Counted from the stretch's first letter, positions 38,195-49,591 are shown. The stretch: 64,000 nt of DNA from Patescibacteria group bacterium (GCA_034658935.1 JAYEGE010000006.1:24912-88911); one strand, 5' to 3'. Made by a program: numbers and translations. The notes: a model not told the origin generated them from the sequence alone.

Positions 38195-38215
38195 TTTGGA
38201 CACCGGGTGTCCAAA
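38195..38215. repeat. REP-like palindrome filling the gap between two convergent stop codons
   Basis: TTTGGACAC-CGG-GTGTCCAAA. Confidence 0.92.
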
Positions 38216-39832
<1,617 letters not shown>

Positions 39833-39844
39833 GTAGGAGTGGTT

Positions 39845-40222
39845 CTATTTTAGAGTGTCTTCTTTGTCGAGGTGTTGCGTGCAAGTTCTAGCAGCTGGAT
39901 TGGCCTGAAGCCGATCTTCTTCGATGTCTTGATCACTGACTTCACATTTCCCATAGGTACCCTGGTCGATTTTCTCTAGAGCTAGGTCGATATTCTTGAG
40001 TCGCTTAACTAGCGCTGACTCGGTAGCCTGTCGCTCTTCCATATCTTCTATTTCATCTGCTACCTCATCGCGGAACTCAATGTCGGTCTCATCCTCGATT
40101 GGCTTAGGGAGCCAACGTCCGTTCTCTAGTTTGTAGCCGATTTTGGATAATGAGGTCTCTATTTCCTGCTTTTCAACTCGCAGCTTCTCCTCCTCCTCAA
40201 AGTTTTTGGTGTCTAACGTCAT
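39845..40222 (-). CDS. DksA/TraR family protein with degenerate Zn finger
   Basis: IDLALEKIDQGTYGKCEVS..IEEDRLQANPAARTC. Confidence 0.85.
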   Translation of the reverse strand: MTLDTKNFEEEEKLRVEKQEIETSLSKIGYKLENGRWLPKPIEDETDIEFRDEVADEIEDMEERQATESALVKRLKNIDLALEKIDQGTYGKCEVSDQDIEEDRLQANPAARTCTQHLDKEDTLK

Positions 40223-40260
40223 ATAGGGCCATTGTAGAAACTCAGGCCCCCTGTGTCAAA

Positions 40261-41466
40261 TTAAGATGCCCCGGTGATAAAGCGTTGGAAGATAGTATCA
40301 AAAGCGCCCTCACTAGTGGTGATTAAGATATGATTTTGATCGAGGAAGACGTAGAGCAGGAGTACGTCTCCATCTGGGTTGGTTAGGAGGCGAATATCTT
40401 TATTGCGTATTCGTTTGTCACTGAAATTGGGGGTAATAGCGGGTGGCTGGCGCTCGCCGCTATAGAGGAGCGGCAATAGATCGGTTAGCATCTTATCTTC
40501 CCATTCAATGAAGCCGGCGTAGGCTTGCTCGTGGATGTTACTTTCTAAAATAAGGAAGCGTGAAGTGCGCCCCTCATCATGGTAAACACCAAAACTAAAC
40601 TCAGGGTTAAGGTTGCGGCTGAGTCTATTGCTTATTCCTAAGTCGAAGGTCTGCCTGAGGGCATTAAAAGTTAAGAGAGATTGGCCGCGAAGGAAATAAA
40701 TAGTTTTAACATACAATTGGTCTGATTCTATTAGGTCAGCCTCGGTATCGAGTGAGGCCTTCGGCACCTCGATCCCTTGGCCTAGGCCTAAGGGCTTATT
40801 GTATTCGGAGAAAATGAGGGAGTCTGGCGATGGGGTGGGGGCTGGCGTTACGGGGCCAGTGTCCGTTGCCGGCCAGGACATGTAGGCTACTATACCGCCA
40901 CCGATAATTAAAATGATTACGATGATTAATAACCAAGGCGTCTTTCTATTGGAACGTATTTTAGTTGTTTGCTGCAGCCCTTTTGTTTTCCGTTTTTGCT
41001 CTGATAGAGCAATCTTTACTGCTGAAACATCCCGATTCTTTACTGCCCGAGCAAAGTCTCGAGTATAAGTACGGATAGGGCTAAGGGTAGAGCCAGAATT
41101 CTTCAATTGCTCAATCTTCTCCTGGCTCGTTTGGATTTTAGATACCCGCTTCTGCTTAGCTTTAGCCGCTGTCTCACTTACTCGGCGTTTCTCGATCAGT
41201 ACCGCTTCTTCTTGGCGTTTCTTGTTTTCAGCCTGCCGTTTGCGTTTGGCCTCCAGAGTCGCCTGGGTGGTAGCCTTGCGCCCAGCTATTTGCTCGTTTG
41301 TCTCTCGGCGCCGTTTTTGCTCGGAGCTCTCCATTGCGTGGCGTGCATCTTGGCGCCGCTTGGTTAGGTCAGAGAGTTCCTTTTCTAAATTGGCGTAGCG
41401 CTCTTCACCAGCCAGAGCCTTGCGCGCTGCGTCTCGCTTTGATTCACCGGGGTCGGCCTTCGTCAT
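40261..41466 (-). CDS. Single-pass membrane protein with cytoplasmic coiled coil
   Basis: Charged helical N-half, IRTY..D motif, one TM helix, extracellular domain. Confidence 0.75.
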   Translation of the reverse strand: MTKADPGESKRDAARKALAGEERYANLEKELSDLTKRRQDARHAMESSEQKRRRETNEQIAGRKATTQATLEAKRKRQAENKKRQEEAVLIEKRRVSETAAKAKQKRVSKIQTSQEKIEQLKNSGSTLSPIRTYTRDFARAVKNRDVSAVKIALSEQKRKTKGLQQTTKIRSNRKTPWLLIIVIILIIGGGIVAYMSWPATDTGPVTPAPTPSPDSLIFSEYNKPLGLGQGIEVPKASLDTEADLIESDQLYVKTIYFLRGQSLLTFNALRQTFDLGISNRLSRNLNPEFSFGVYHDEGRTSRFLILESNIHEQAYAGFIEWEDKMLTDLLPLLYSGERQPPAITPNFSDKRIRNKDIRLLTNPDGDVLLLYVFLDQNHILITTSEGAFDTIFQRFITGAS

Positions 41467-41470
41467 AGCT

Positions 41471-42028
41471 CTATACTCCCCCCTCAGCTTTTAATTGGTC
41501 TTCTAGTCGGTGGAGTTTGTCCTCTTCATCCAAAAGTTGGCGATAGAGAGTCGTGTTCTCATTGACTGTAACTTCGATCTTGCTGAGCTTCTCCTCCTCA
41601 CCCCATTTTCTCTTTTCGACCTCCTTACGTTTGTCTTGTACGTCCCAACGTTTCTTCTCTACTACCTGTTTCTCGCTTGCGACTCCGATCTTCTGCTCCT
41701 CTGCTTCTAAGGCCGCCTCCTCTGCTTCGGTCTTTTTTTCTTCTGCTAAGATTGGATCTACAATTGTCCTAATTTGACGTCGGGCATTATCTAAATCTAT
41801 CCAAGCTAATTCCAGTTTTTCCTTCTCGGCCGCTATTTCCGCTAAACGTTTACCGACCTCACTTAATTTATTTTTAAGCTCTCTTGATTTGGTTTCAGCC
41901 TCACGCTTGGTTGTCCACTCAGCGCCCTCCATGGCACGTTGAGCTTCTTGTCGCTTATCTTCTTGTGTTGACTCCGGTTTATCCTGAGGCTTGTCCTCAG
42001 TAGGAGCTGTAGTTTTGTCGTCTGCCAT
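41471..42028 (-). CDS. Coiled-coil hypothetical protein; likely start at ATG 42028
   Basis: E/K-rich helix; shares an RQxAxxAME motif with the downstream gene. Confidence 0.75.
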   Translation of the reverse strand: MADDKTTAPTEDKPQDKPESTQEDKRQEAQRAMEGAEWTTKREAETKSRELKNKLSEVGKRLAEIAAEKEKLELAWIDLDNARRQIRTIVDPILAEEKKTEAEEAALEAEEQKIGVASEKQVVEKKRWDVQDKRKEVEKRKWGEEEKLSKIEVTVNENTTLYRQLLDEEDKLHRLEDQLKAEGGV

Positions 42029-42078
42029 GGCCAATATTATAAAACAAGACGTCCGACGACCCAAGCTCTTGGGTTAGA

Positions 42079-42660
42079 TCAGGACGCTTTTTTGGTTGTT
42101 AGAGTAGTTCGAGTGTTGGTTCGTCTGCTATTGGGGCGGCGCTGTTTGGTGCCGTTACCGAGTAGATAACGTTTAGTGTTCTCGCCAAGATCGATGAAAT
42201 CGTCTGTTGCCTCCTTTAATTTTCCAGAAGTACTTTTGCCGAAGGCGATCACCTCTACCTGATTACCGCTATTTATTTTCAAATATTCCACTAGGGGGAC
42301 GAAGTCACCATCTCCGGAGGCAATAATGATGGTGTCTACCTTAGAGGCTATCTTGATGGCGTCGACAGCTAAGCCAACGTCCCAATCGGCCTTCTTGGCT
42401 CCGCCGGGGAAGATTTGCAGGTCTTTAGTTTTAACCTCGATGCCCATCTTACCCATTGCCTCCATGAAGGCCTTCTCTTCCCCACTCTCAGTGGTGACCA
42501 TGTAGGCCACTGCTCGAACTAAATTACGGTCAGCGACTGCGTCTTTAAGGATGGCGTCAAAATTAACCCGTGCTCCATATAGATTCTTGGCACAATGGTA
42601 TAGATTCTGAGTATCGATAAAGACCGCCACACGCTGGCCTTGATGTTTGATTATGCTCAT
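42079..42660 (-). CDS. NYN domain (LabA/DUF88) protein
   Basis: VFIDTQNLY, KADWDVGLAVDA, SGDGDF, DDFIDL motifs. Confidence 0.92.
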   Translation of the reverse strand: MSIIKHQGQRVAVFIDTQNLYHCAKNLYGARVNFDAILKDAVADRNLVRAVAYMVTTESGEEKAFMEAMGKMGIEVKTKDLQIFPGGAKKADWDVGLAVDAIKIASKVDTIIIASGDGDFVPLVEYLKINSGNQVEVIAFGKSTSGKLKEATDDFIDLGENTKRYLLGNGTKQRRPNSRRTNTRTTLTTKKAS

Positions 42661-42690
42661 AGTAAATTAATTAAATTCCAAACTCGAGCC

Positions 42691-42942
42691 TTATTTTTTG
42701 GACTTTGAGCTTTGGCTTTTGGACTTCTTGCTCCCCAGGTACTTCTCGTGACGACGACGTTGGGCCACCATCTTTAAGAGGCCGCGGCGTGTATGTTCGT
42801 CTTTGGCGTTCTTTTTCAAATGTTTAGTAACTTCGCTAATTCGCTCATTCAAAACTGCCACCTGCACTGACGAAGAACCAGTGTCCTTGTCGTGCTTGCG
42901 ACTCTTCTTTATTAAAGCTTGTTTCTTTTCCATCTTAATCAT
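42691..42942 (-). CDS. rpsO: 30S ribosomal protein S15
   Basis: [30 protein letters not shown]. Confidence 0.93.
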   Translation of the reverse strand: MIKMEKKQALIKKSRKHDKDTGSSSVQVAVLNERISEVTKHLKKNAKDEHTRRGLLKMVAQRRRHEKYLGSKKSKSQSSKSKK

Positions 42943-42992
42943 ACAATGGATACTAGCATAAAAAGATTATAAAAGCAAGGGTCAATTTATCT

Positions 42993-43907
42993 ATGAAACA
43001 ATATCAACGCTTTTTGGGGGTTGCCGTAGCATTAGCGGTAGTTTGGGCCCTAATATCTAGCGATGGCCATCCTGGGCTGGTCCCGCAGGAGCAATTAGGC
43101 CAGGCGGCTTTGTCTTCACCCCGTACTGTGTTTAGAGGTAGCCACTTTGGATCAGTCTTGCAAGGACAATCAGAACAAATGGCTCCAACTTCACTTCTCT
43201 CCGCCCTTTATACATTTGACGATGCTTATCCTGAATTAGTTCCGTACGAACAATATGAGCAGTCGGGTCAGGTAGTTTTGGCTCCACCTGCTGTAGCGCA
43301 ATTGACGTGCAATAAAACCGAGAGCAATACCGGGAGCATCCCTGTGCGCATTTACAGTGTTTGGGCTTATAAGGCAGAGGCCGAGAGGCTTATAAAAGAT
43401 GCCCTAGCCAAACAGATAGAGTTGCAGGCTTGGTTAGACAGTAAAATTTGTGCAAAACCCTGTGTGAAAACCACTACTGGACCAACAACAGTGATCCACA
43501 TAGACCCTGTCTATACCAATCCTTCTACCTGCCCAAGTCCGCCGTCGCCAGCAGTACACAATCTTTTGTCTACTAAAGTCAGCAAAACCTCTTGTGTGGA
43601 GGCAGAGGCATCGGCACTACAAGGTCTTATCAAGCAAATGGGGGATTTGGCGAATCCCTGTGCGGGGTCGGGTTGTAGTCGTTATTCCCAGGCCTCTAAC
43701 ATCTCAATGGCCTGTACGACAAGTACCTACATAAATTGGCTTGGCAAAAAAAAGCCTAAATATATCGCGGTCGGCAAGGCGACGATAACTATAACTTGCG
43801 GTAAGCAGATTACCGAAACGTTTCCCACAATCAAGGGCTGGTTTGATTGGGGCGCTAGTTATACCTGCGCCCCAAGGCAAGCGCGAATAACCCCTGAGTC
43901 TTCTTGA
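42993..43907 (+). CDS. Orphan secreted Cys-rich protein
   Basis: N-terminal hydrophobic segment; 10 Cys in the mature part. Confidence 0.7.
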   Translation: MKQYQRFLGVAVALAVVWALISSDGHPGLVPQEQLGQAALSSPRTVFRGSHFGSVLQGQSEQMAPTSLLSALYTFDDAYPELVPYEQYEQSGQVVLAPPAVAQLTCNKTESNTGSIPVRIYSVWAYKAEAERLIKDALAKQIELQAWLDSKICAKPCVKTTTGPTTVIHIDPVYTNPSTCPSPPSPAVHNLLSTKVSKTSCVEAEASALQGLIKQMGDLANPCAGSGCSRYSQASNISMACTTSTYINWLGKKKPKYIAVGKATITITCGKQITETFPTIKGWFDWGASYTCAPRQARITPESS

Positions 43908-43932
43908 CATATTGAATAAGCGGGTGTATAAT
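43904..43932 (+). promoter_or_regulatory. Consensus sigma70 promoter
   Basis: TTGACA-N17-TATAAT. Confidence 0.85.
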
Positions 43933-44007
43933 TAATACCAGAGTCATTTTCCGGCACGTTGCTGAGAAAAAGAACTTAGGACTTCGTCAACAAAAGGGAG
44001 TTGAGTG

Positions 44008-44715
44008 ATGAGCGGAAATTGTTTTTTTGCGTATTGTGTTCTAGTTTTTTGTGGTTTGGCGGCCGTTTACGGCTGTGTTCACCGGCCGTTCATAGACAAT
44101 GTGCGCCCTGTCGACCCCCAATTCGAGTTCGAATTGATTGGGTTTGGGGCCGATCTGAACCTGTCTCTTTCAGACCAGGACGAGACCACAATTCTCTTCG
44201 AGGGTTTATTTGCCCAAGAAGGCAAGGTGCCACTCGAGGTTATGGTCTCAGTTGATCTGGAGCCCCTGGTTTCGGATTATCGATCCCATGACGTGACCCC
44301 TTACAGCGATCGGGTTTATATCATTAGGCCGGAGCTTGGGACGTCCGCCGTGACCTTTGAGGGAGAAGATTTTTTGCTGGTTTTGCCAGCTTTGCCAGGG
44401 GGCATCGAACGTCTTGCGCCAGCCAAGGGAACTTCTCGCGGGTTTGACCATCACATGGTGGCTTGGATTACTTCTCGCCTACTTGAGTCCTATGGCCCGC
44501 TCGAAGAAGCTGCTGCTTGTGACCCGTGTTGGATCTGGCTGTCTCTGCAAAGTGATGGTTGGGGTTTGGCAACGGGCCAACGTAACGAGCAAGGTGGCTG
44601 CCCGCCTCTACCTCACCCCCTGAAACCAGAGCTTGAACAGGAGCAGAGACCAATCGTTCCCAAGCCACCGAAGCCCGCACTAGCGCGGGCTTTTTTCTTT
44701 GGATTAATTAATTGA
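44008..44715 (+). CDS. Orphan secreted or lipoprotein-like protein
   Basis: SD AAAGGGAG, hydrophobic N-terminus ending YG|C; a terminator-like hairpin lies in its last codons (44671-44696). Confidence 0.6.
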   Translation: MSGNCFFAYCVLVFCGLAAVYGCVHRPFIDNVRPVDPQFEFELIGFGADLNLSLSDQDETTILFEGLFAQEGKVPLEVMVSVDLEPLVSDYRSHDVTPYSDRVYIIRPELGTSAVTFEGEDFLLVLPALPGGIERLAPAKGTSRGFDHHMVAWITSRLLESYGPLEEAAACDPCWIWLSLQSDGWGLATGQRNEQGGCPPLPHPLKPELEQEQRPIVPKPPKPALARAFFFGLIN

Positions 44716-44782
44716 AGAATAAAATAAGCCCCCTTCCGCGCTGTGGCGGTCGGGGGCTGTGGTTTGGAATGCGGGCGAGGGT

Positions 44783-45616
44783 CTAGGCGTCTTCAGGTTT
44801 GCCCTCTTCGGCTGCGCCGCTTTCTGTCCCGGTTGTTCCTGTCTCGGCGTCTCCAGCTCCAGATGTGGGGTCGGGATCGACCGCCTTGGTGTCGTCAGGG
44901 GTGCCTTCCTCTTTCTTCCCCCCGCTAGTTTCGAGAAGGAAGTCGGTTCGGGGGCGCCGGGCGAGACCCAAGCGGTCTAGGGTTAAATAGACTCGATGGA
45001 AACGGGCCTTGGCATCTCCGTGTAATCTCGGCCTGTTCTCGACCGCCCTCGCTTCATCGGCGAGTTCCTGAAGTGCCGCCTTTGCCCTTTTCTCTCGTGT
45101 AGGGGGGTCGGCTTCACTCATGGCACTGTAGGTCAGGTCTAGGATGAGGGCTGTTTCCTCAAGTGCTCTGGCGAATTCGTTGGCCGACTTTTTTTCGTCG
45201 TCTGTTGGGCCGTTCGTCTGGTAGTAAGCGGAGTAGCAGGAGTTAACACCAAGACCGATACATATCACTATAAACGGACAGAAAAACTGGAGGAAGGGGC
45301 TGGAAACTCCCCACCACATCATAAAGGAGGTCCAAGAAATAATAGCCCCGGCTATGTAACTGATTTGTGTCGCCCAGCGCCATCGCTGGAGTCGCTCTGC
45401 CTCCTTTTCCCAACGTTTGGTTTTTAGGGGGTCTGGGTGCCCTTTGAGCACCCAAGTCGCGAGGAAGGTGTGTGGTATCCCGTCCTTCTCGTCGATCTCC
45501 AGGATGTCTACCCCTACCGGGGAATGTACATTACCCGGTTTTCTCAACTCGTTACCCAACATGATAAGGAACTCCTTGTCTAGGCCTAAGTTTGAGGGTA
45601 GATAGCCACAAGCCAC
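44783..45616 (-). CDS. Orphan two-TM membrane protein
   Basis: Two TM helices, acidic tail, own promoter at 45658-45686. Confidence 0.65.
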   Translation of the reverse strand: MACGYLPSNLGLDKEFLIMLGNELRKPGNVHSPVGVDILEIDEKDGIPHTFLATWVLKGHPDPLKTKRWEKEAERLQRWRWATQISYIAGAIISWTSFMMWWGVSSPFLQFFCPFIVICIGLGVNSCYSAYYQTNGPTDDEKKSANEFARALEETALILDLTYSAMSEADPPTREKRAKAALQELADEARAVENRPRLHGDAKARFHRVYLTLDRLGLARRPRTDFLLETSGGKKEEGTPDDTKAVDPDPTSGAGDAETGTTGTESGAAEEGKPEDA

Positions 45617-45657
45617 CTACCCCCTGCTATTAAGGCCATTTTCACAGTACTGCCGTG

Positions 45658-45686
45658 ATCCTACACTATTGTGAGAGTTTTGTCAA
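45658..45686 (-). promoter_or_regulatory. sigma70-type promoter
   Basis: TTGACA-N17-TAGGAT on the minus strand. Confidence 0.7.
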
Positions 45687-45701
45687 TGTGGTCGGACGGG
45701 T

Positions 45702-45754
45702 AGCCACTTGGACACTAAGTGTCACACTCCCAGACACTCAGTGTCCAAGTGGCT
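45702..45754. repeat. Compound (double-hairpin) REP-like element
   Basis: AGCCACTTGGACAC-TAA-GTGTC-ACACTCCCA-GACAC-TCA-GTGTCCAAGTGGCT. Confidence 0.85.
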
Positions 45755-45792
45755 TACAAAAGTGTCGGAGGGTGTATAGCGGAGTATCCATG

Positions 45793-45839
45793 TTGTTAAA
45801 CACCGGGTGTTTAACAAAGTTGCGACGTCGCAACTTTGT
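45793..45839. repeat. Variant palindrome overlapping a perfect 26-bp palindrome
   Basis: TTGTTAAACAC-CGG-GTGTTTAACAA and ACAAAGTTGCGACGTCGCAACTTTGT. Confidence 0.8.
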
Positions 45840-45850
45840 GCAACGGAAAC

Positions 45851-45884
45851 AAAAAAGCCTCGATTCACTAAAGTGAATCGAGGC
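45851..45884 (-). terminator. Intrinsic terminator
   Basis: GCCTCGATTCAC-ttta-GTGAATCGAGGC followed by T-run on the minus strand. Confidence 0.8.
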
Positions 45885-45905
45885 CGGGACTCTCCTTGGA
45901 GAGCC

Positions 45906-46100
45906 TTACGATGTCCTCGCCCGGTCCTGCAGAATAGCCAGCAATCTCTTTTTGGCCGCCCTTCCGTGGAGCCATGAACTCTGTTCCAAGCGGACAATCT
46001 GGCTAACTCCCTTGTCTGAACCATCCCCCGACATTTGAGCTAGAGCCAACACGCTTACTCCGCTCGCCCTTCTGCGCCGCATCAATTTCTTGCCTCCCAC
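45906..46100 (-). CDS. Small XRE/Cro-like HTH protein
   Basis: LMRRRRASGVSVLALAQMSG..SQIVRLEQ; SD GGGAGGT; promoter TTGTAC-N17-TATATT at 46177-46205. Confidence 0.55.
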   Translation of the reverse strand: MGGKKLMRRRRASGVSVLALAQMSGDGSDKGVSQIVRLEQSSWLHGRAAKKRLLAILQDRARTS

Positions 46101-46227
46101 TTGCGTACCTCCCTGCGTTATTGCAACTCTACCGTGTCATCATTTACCGATAGGCACCTCTCTGGCGCGAAAGAGAAATATAACATCAAATGATTTGTAG
46201 TACAATAGTAGGGTCGCACAATATCTT

Positions 46228-47139
46228 ATGGTCAAAGATTTAAAACAATTAAAGGGGCAGTTTTTAGAATATTTAGAGATTGAACGTGGGCGGAGTCTAT
46301 TGACTGTCGCTAATTACGATCGCTATCTCCAGCGCTTTTTTGACCACAGCAAAGTGAAGTCGCCCTCTGATATCAACGATGAGGCGGTTAGGAAATTTAG
46401 GTTGTGGTTAAATCGCTTACCCGGCGACAAAATGGTGACAGGTAGTTTAAAGAAGAATACCCAGAATTATTATTTAATCGCCTTGCGCACTTTCCTTAAG
46501 TATTTGGCCAAGATGGACATTAAGTCTTTGCCGCCAGAGCGGATTGAGTTAGCTAAGACACCCGCCCGAGAACTAGATTTGATCAGTGGTGATGAGCTAG
46601 GGCGGCTGCTCAAGGCGCCAGATGGTAAGGCTGAGAAGGACTTGCGCGATAAGGCTATCTTGGAACTCCTTTTCTCTACTGGCCTGCGTGTTTCAGAGCT
46701 ATGCGGGTTAGACACTGGTACTGTGGATTTAAAGAAGACGGAGTTCACAGTCCGGGGCAAGGGCGATAAGGTGCGGCTGGTCTTCGTCTCCCCTGCCGCT
46801 AAGACCGCTCTTAAGAATTATCTGGGGGCCAGGCGAGATATGAGTGATGCCCTCTTTGTAAATATTGGTGATGAACCAGGCCGCCTAACCCCTCGGAGTA
46901 TCGAGCGCCTAATTAAGTTCCACGCTGTTAAAGCGGGCATTACTAAGAAGGTCACCCCGCACGTTATTCGGCATAGTTTCGCCACTGACCTACTCCGTAA
47001 CGGTGCTGATATCCGCTCTGTCCAGATGATGCTTGGCCACGCCGATATCTCCACTACTCAAATCTATACTCACGTTACCGACCAGCACCTAAAAGATATC
47101 CACAAGGATTTTCATAACAATCCCAAATCAGATTCTTGA
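46228..47139 (+). CDS. xerC: Tyrosine recombinase XerC/XerD family
   Basis: FLEYLEIERG, LRDKAILELLFSTGLRVSEL, GKGDK, TPHVIRHSFAT, LGHADISTTQIYTH motifs. Confidence 0.9.
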   Translation: MVKDLKQLKGQFLEYLEIERGRSLLTVANYDRYLQRFFDHSKVKSPSDINDEAVRKFRLWLNRLPGDKMVTGSLKKNTQNYYLIALRTFLKYLAKMDIKSLPPERIELAKTPARELDLISGDELGRLLKAPDGKAEKDLRDKAILELLFSTGLRVSELCGLDTGTVDLKKTEFTVRGKGDKVRLVFVSPAAKTALKNYLGARRDMSDALFVNIGDEPGRLTPRSIERLIKFHAVKAGITKKVTPHVIRHSFATDLLRNGADIRSVQMMLGHADISTTQIYTHVTDQHLKDIHKDFHNNPKSDS

Positions 47140-47326
47140 GTTATCCACATGCAAGGTATTGCGCTATAGGACATAGCGGATATAATAAAGGACAGATATG
47201 ATTTGGTCATTAACGGAGCATCCGGCCCGGAGTGTCTTTTAAAACAAAAAGAGCCCATCTCTCCACCTTGGACACCCCTCTGGCCGCACTCTTTGCCACC
47301 CTCATAAGGGTGGTTTGTTTTTTGTC

Positions 47327-48799
47327 CTACTTTACGCCGTATTTAGAGCGAATCTTAGAAATCTCAGCTTGTTCAATCTTTTCTTTCTTCTCTTTGCCCC
47401 CCTCCCCCATTTTCTTAAGTTCTTTTTTGTCTAGTTTAGCTAATTCTTTAGCTCGTGCTATTAATTTATCTGTTTCGTTATTCTCGGGTTTATCTAAGGT
47501 TTCTTCCAATAGAGCATGCAAAATATGGCCAATCTTGGGCCCAGCCTCTAGGCCGGTTTCATGTATAACGTTGTCACCGTCTATTTTGAGCATTGTCACC
47601 GAGGTTGGGGCCCTCAGAGCCTCCTCTATCATCGACTCGTATTTCCTTAGCCGATAAGGACTCTCCTTTGGTCGGCCCATGCCAATACGGTCGCACATTC
47701 TGACAGACATCAGATCCCAAACCTCTTCTCGGCCAACGTTCCTAATGATCCGCCTTACGGCCGACAAAGTGATTTTCTCTATATCGGTGAAGAACATATG
47801 GTTACGCACTAATTTGGCGATCAGGTCGGTTGTTTTCTTGGGGAACTTAAGGCGCTCGAGGACCTGCCTGGCTGTTCTTGCTCCTACCACGTCATGACCA
47901 TAGAAGGTCCAGTCCTTCTTTTCGTCCCCCCATTTCCTAGTCCTTGGTTTACCAATGTCGTGGAAGAGGGCGGCTAGTCTCACGTGTAACGGATATTTCC
48001 TGTCAGCTGAGTGTTGGAGGGCCCGCAAACTATGTTCCCAGACCTCGTACATGTGATCTCCGTTCTGTTTCACATGAATCCCTTCCTCTAATTCAGGCAA
48101 GAATTCTCGTAGAACCCCCAACTTATTGGCTAAAACTAGCCCTATCATGGGTTGGTCGGTCATTATAATCCGAATAAACTCCTCCCTAATTCGCTCAGCA
48201 GAGATAATCTTCAATAAATGGGCGTTCTTGCTTATACTAGTGGCCGTTTCAGACTCAATAGCAAAGTTCAATTGAGTGGCCAGTCTAATTCCCCTCAATA
48301 TTCGTAGAGAATCTTCAGAAAGGCGCTCGTCCGGGTCCCCTACTGCCCTGATCAGCTTGTCCTTTAGGTCCTCCTGGCCACTATAAAGGTCAATCACCTT
48401 GTTTTCGTCTTGGTCGAGAGCCAGAGCGTTAACCGTGAAGTCTCGTCTTTTGAGGTCATCTTCTAGATTATTGCTCCAAGTAACCTCGTCGGGCCGCCTT
48501 TGGTCTGAGTACTTGGCCTCTAGTCTGAACGGTGTAATCTCTACACATCTAATGCTCTTATCTTCGCACTCTTCATTGACCACTGATACGGTGCCGTAAT
48601 CGTTTTCGTAAAAAGTTTTAGGGAATAAGGCGGCAATTTCCTCTGGTCTAGCGTTGGTGGTAATATCCCAATCTTTAGGTTTTAGGCCGGCGACAAGGTC
48701 ACGAACGCAGCCACCGACCAAGTAGGCCTGAAAACCGCCCTTTTTCAGGCTTTTAGTTATACGTGTAACCTCTTCTGGGATGGAGAACTTAGATACCAT
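47327..48799 (-). CDS. cca: CCA tRNA nucleotidyltransferase with HD domain; start at ATG 48799
   Basis: YLVGGCVRD, DWDITT, DLKRRDFTVNA, EDSLRILR, FHDIGKP motifs. Confidence 0.93.
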   Translation of the reverse strand: MVSKFSIPEEVTRITKSLKKGGFQAYLVGGCVRDLVAGLKPKDWDITTNARPEEIAALFPKTFYENDYGTVSVVNEECEDKSIRCVEITPFRLEAKYSDQRRPDEVTWSNNLEDDLKRRDFTVNALALDQDENKVIDLYSGQEDLKDKLIRAVGDPDERLSEDSLRILRGIRLATQLNFAIESETATSISKNAHLLKIISAERIREEFIRIIMTDQPMIGLVLANKLGVLREFLPELEEGIHVKQNGDHMYEVWEHSLRALQHSADRKYPLHVRLAALFHDIGKPRTRKWGDEKKDWTFYGHDVVGARTARQVLERLKFPKKTTDLIAKLVRNHMFFTDIEKITLSAVRRIIRNVGREEVWDLMSVRMCDRIGMGRPKESPYRLRKYESMIEEALRAPTSVTMLKIDGDNVIHETGLEAGPKIGHILHALLEETLDKPENNETDKLIARAKELAKLDKKELKKMGEGGKEKKEKIEQAEISKIRSKYGVK

Positions 48800-48814
48800 A
48801 TGGTGCTTATGTTG

Positions 48815-48885
48815 TGCGGGTAGGGAGAATCGAACTCCCGACTCATCCTTGGCAAGGACGTATTTTACCACTAAACCATACCCGC
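48815..48885 (-). tRNA. tRNA-Gly(GCC)
   Basis: GCGGGTATGGTTTAGTGGTAAAATACGTCCTTGCCAAGGATGAGTCGGGAGTTCGATTCTCCCTACCCGCA cloverleaf; no encoded CCA. Confidence 0.95.
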
Positions 48886-48948
48886 TTACGCCTAAATGTA
48901 GCATAATATTTTTAAAAGAGCTAGAATTATAAAGCTCTTATTTGCAAA

Positions 48949-49020
48949 GCGCCTGTGGTGAAATGGATATCACAACGGTCTTCGGAACCGTCGTTCTGGG
49001 TTCGAATCCTGGCAGGCGCG
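48949..49020 (+). tRNA. tRNA-Arg(TCG)
   Basis: GCGCCTG..ACGGT-CTTCGGA-ACCGT..GGTTCGAATCC..CAGGCGCG. Confidence 0.93.
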
Positions 49021-49184
49021 TTAAGTAAGTACCCAAAAGTTCGGGTTATCGGTCAAAACTGTGCATAAGCCTGGGGACAATGTGTATAAACGGACAAGTC
49101 TTTAATAATGCCTATATGTCTCTATCTGCCCATACCCTTGTTTCTAGCCATATTTACTACTTGTCTCTAAGTGTATAAGGCATT

Positions 49185-49574
49185 ATGTTTCATAAGAAAC
49201 CTAATAAGCAGGAAATCGGCCAAAGAGGAGAAGACGTGGCGGCCAAGTATCTTGAAGAACGTGGTTTCAAAGTAATTGATCGTAATTATCGCCGACCTTG
49301 GGGCGAAATAGATCTCGTGGTACAGAGGGACAAGGAGGTTGGATTTATAGAGGTCAAGACTGTTTCCCGTGTAACTCTGAGCGAGGACGATTACGAGCCG
49401 GAGGACAATTTGCATCCTTGGAAACTTAAACGTCTCCGACGAATTATTCAAACTTATGTTTTGGCAAAAAATTTTGATGACGATATTGATTGGCAAGTTG
49501 ACGTCATTTCCGTCTACCTAGATCTGGCGGGGGAGACCCTAAAAATCGACTGGCTAGAAGATATCACCCCCTAA
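49185..49574 (+). CDS. yraN: YraN family endonuclease-like protein
   Basis: GQRGEDVAAKYL, RNYRRPWGEIDLV, FIEVKT motifs. Confidence 0.92.
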   Translation: MFHKKPNKQEIGQRGEDVAAKYLEERGFKVIDRNYRRPWGEIDLVVQRDKEVGFIEVKTVSRVTLSEDDYEPEDNLHPWKLKRLRRIIQTYVLAKNFDDDIDWQVDVISVYLDLAGETLKIDWLEDITP

Positions 49575-49591
49575 TCTACTATTTGGACAGA

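Noticed and set aside
46228-47139. Integron integrase or prophage integrase
   Set aside because: Size and motifs fit housekeeping XerC/D; no IntI-specific insertion is evident, there is no attC array and there are no phage structural genes
48800-48904. N-terminal extension of the CCA enzyme in the ORF track
   Set aside because: It runs through tRNA-Gly(GCC); the real start is ATG 48799
49165-49195. Possible dif site (GTGTATAA..TTATGTTT)
   Set aside because: Spacer is 4 nt rather than 6, it overlaps the yraN start, and it lies near the origin rather than the terminus
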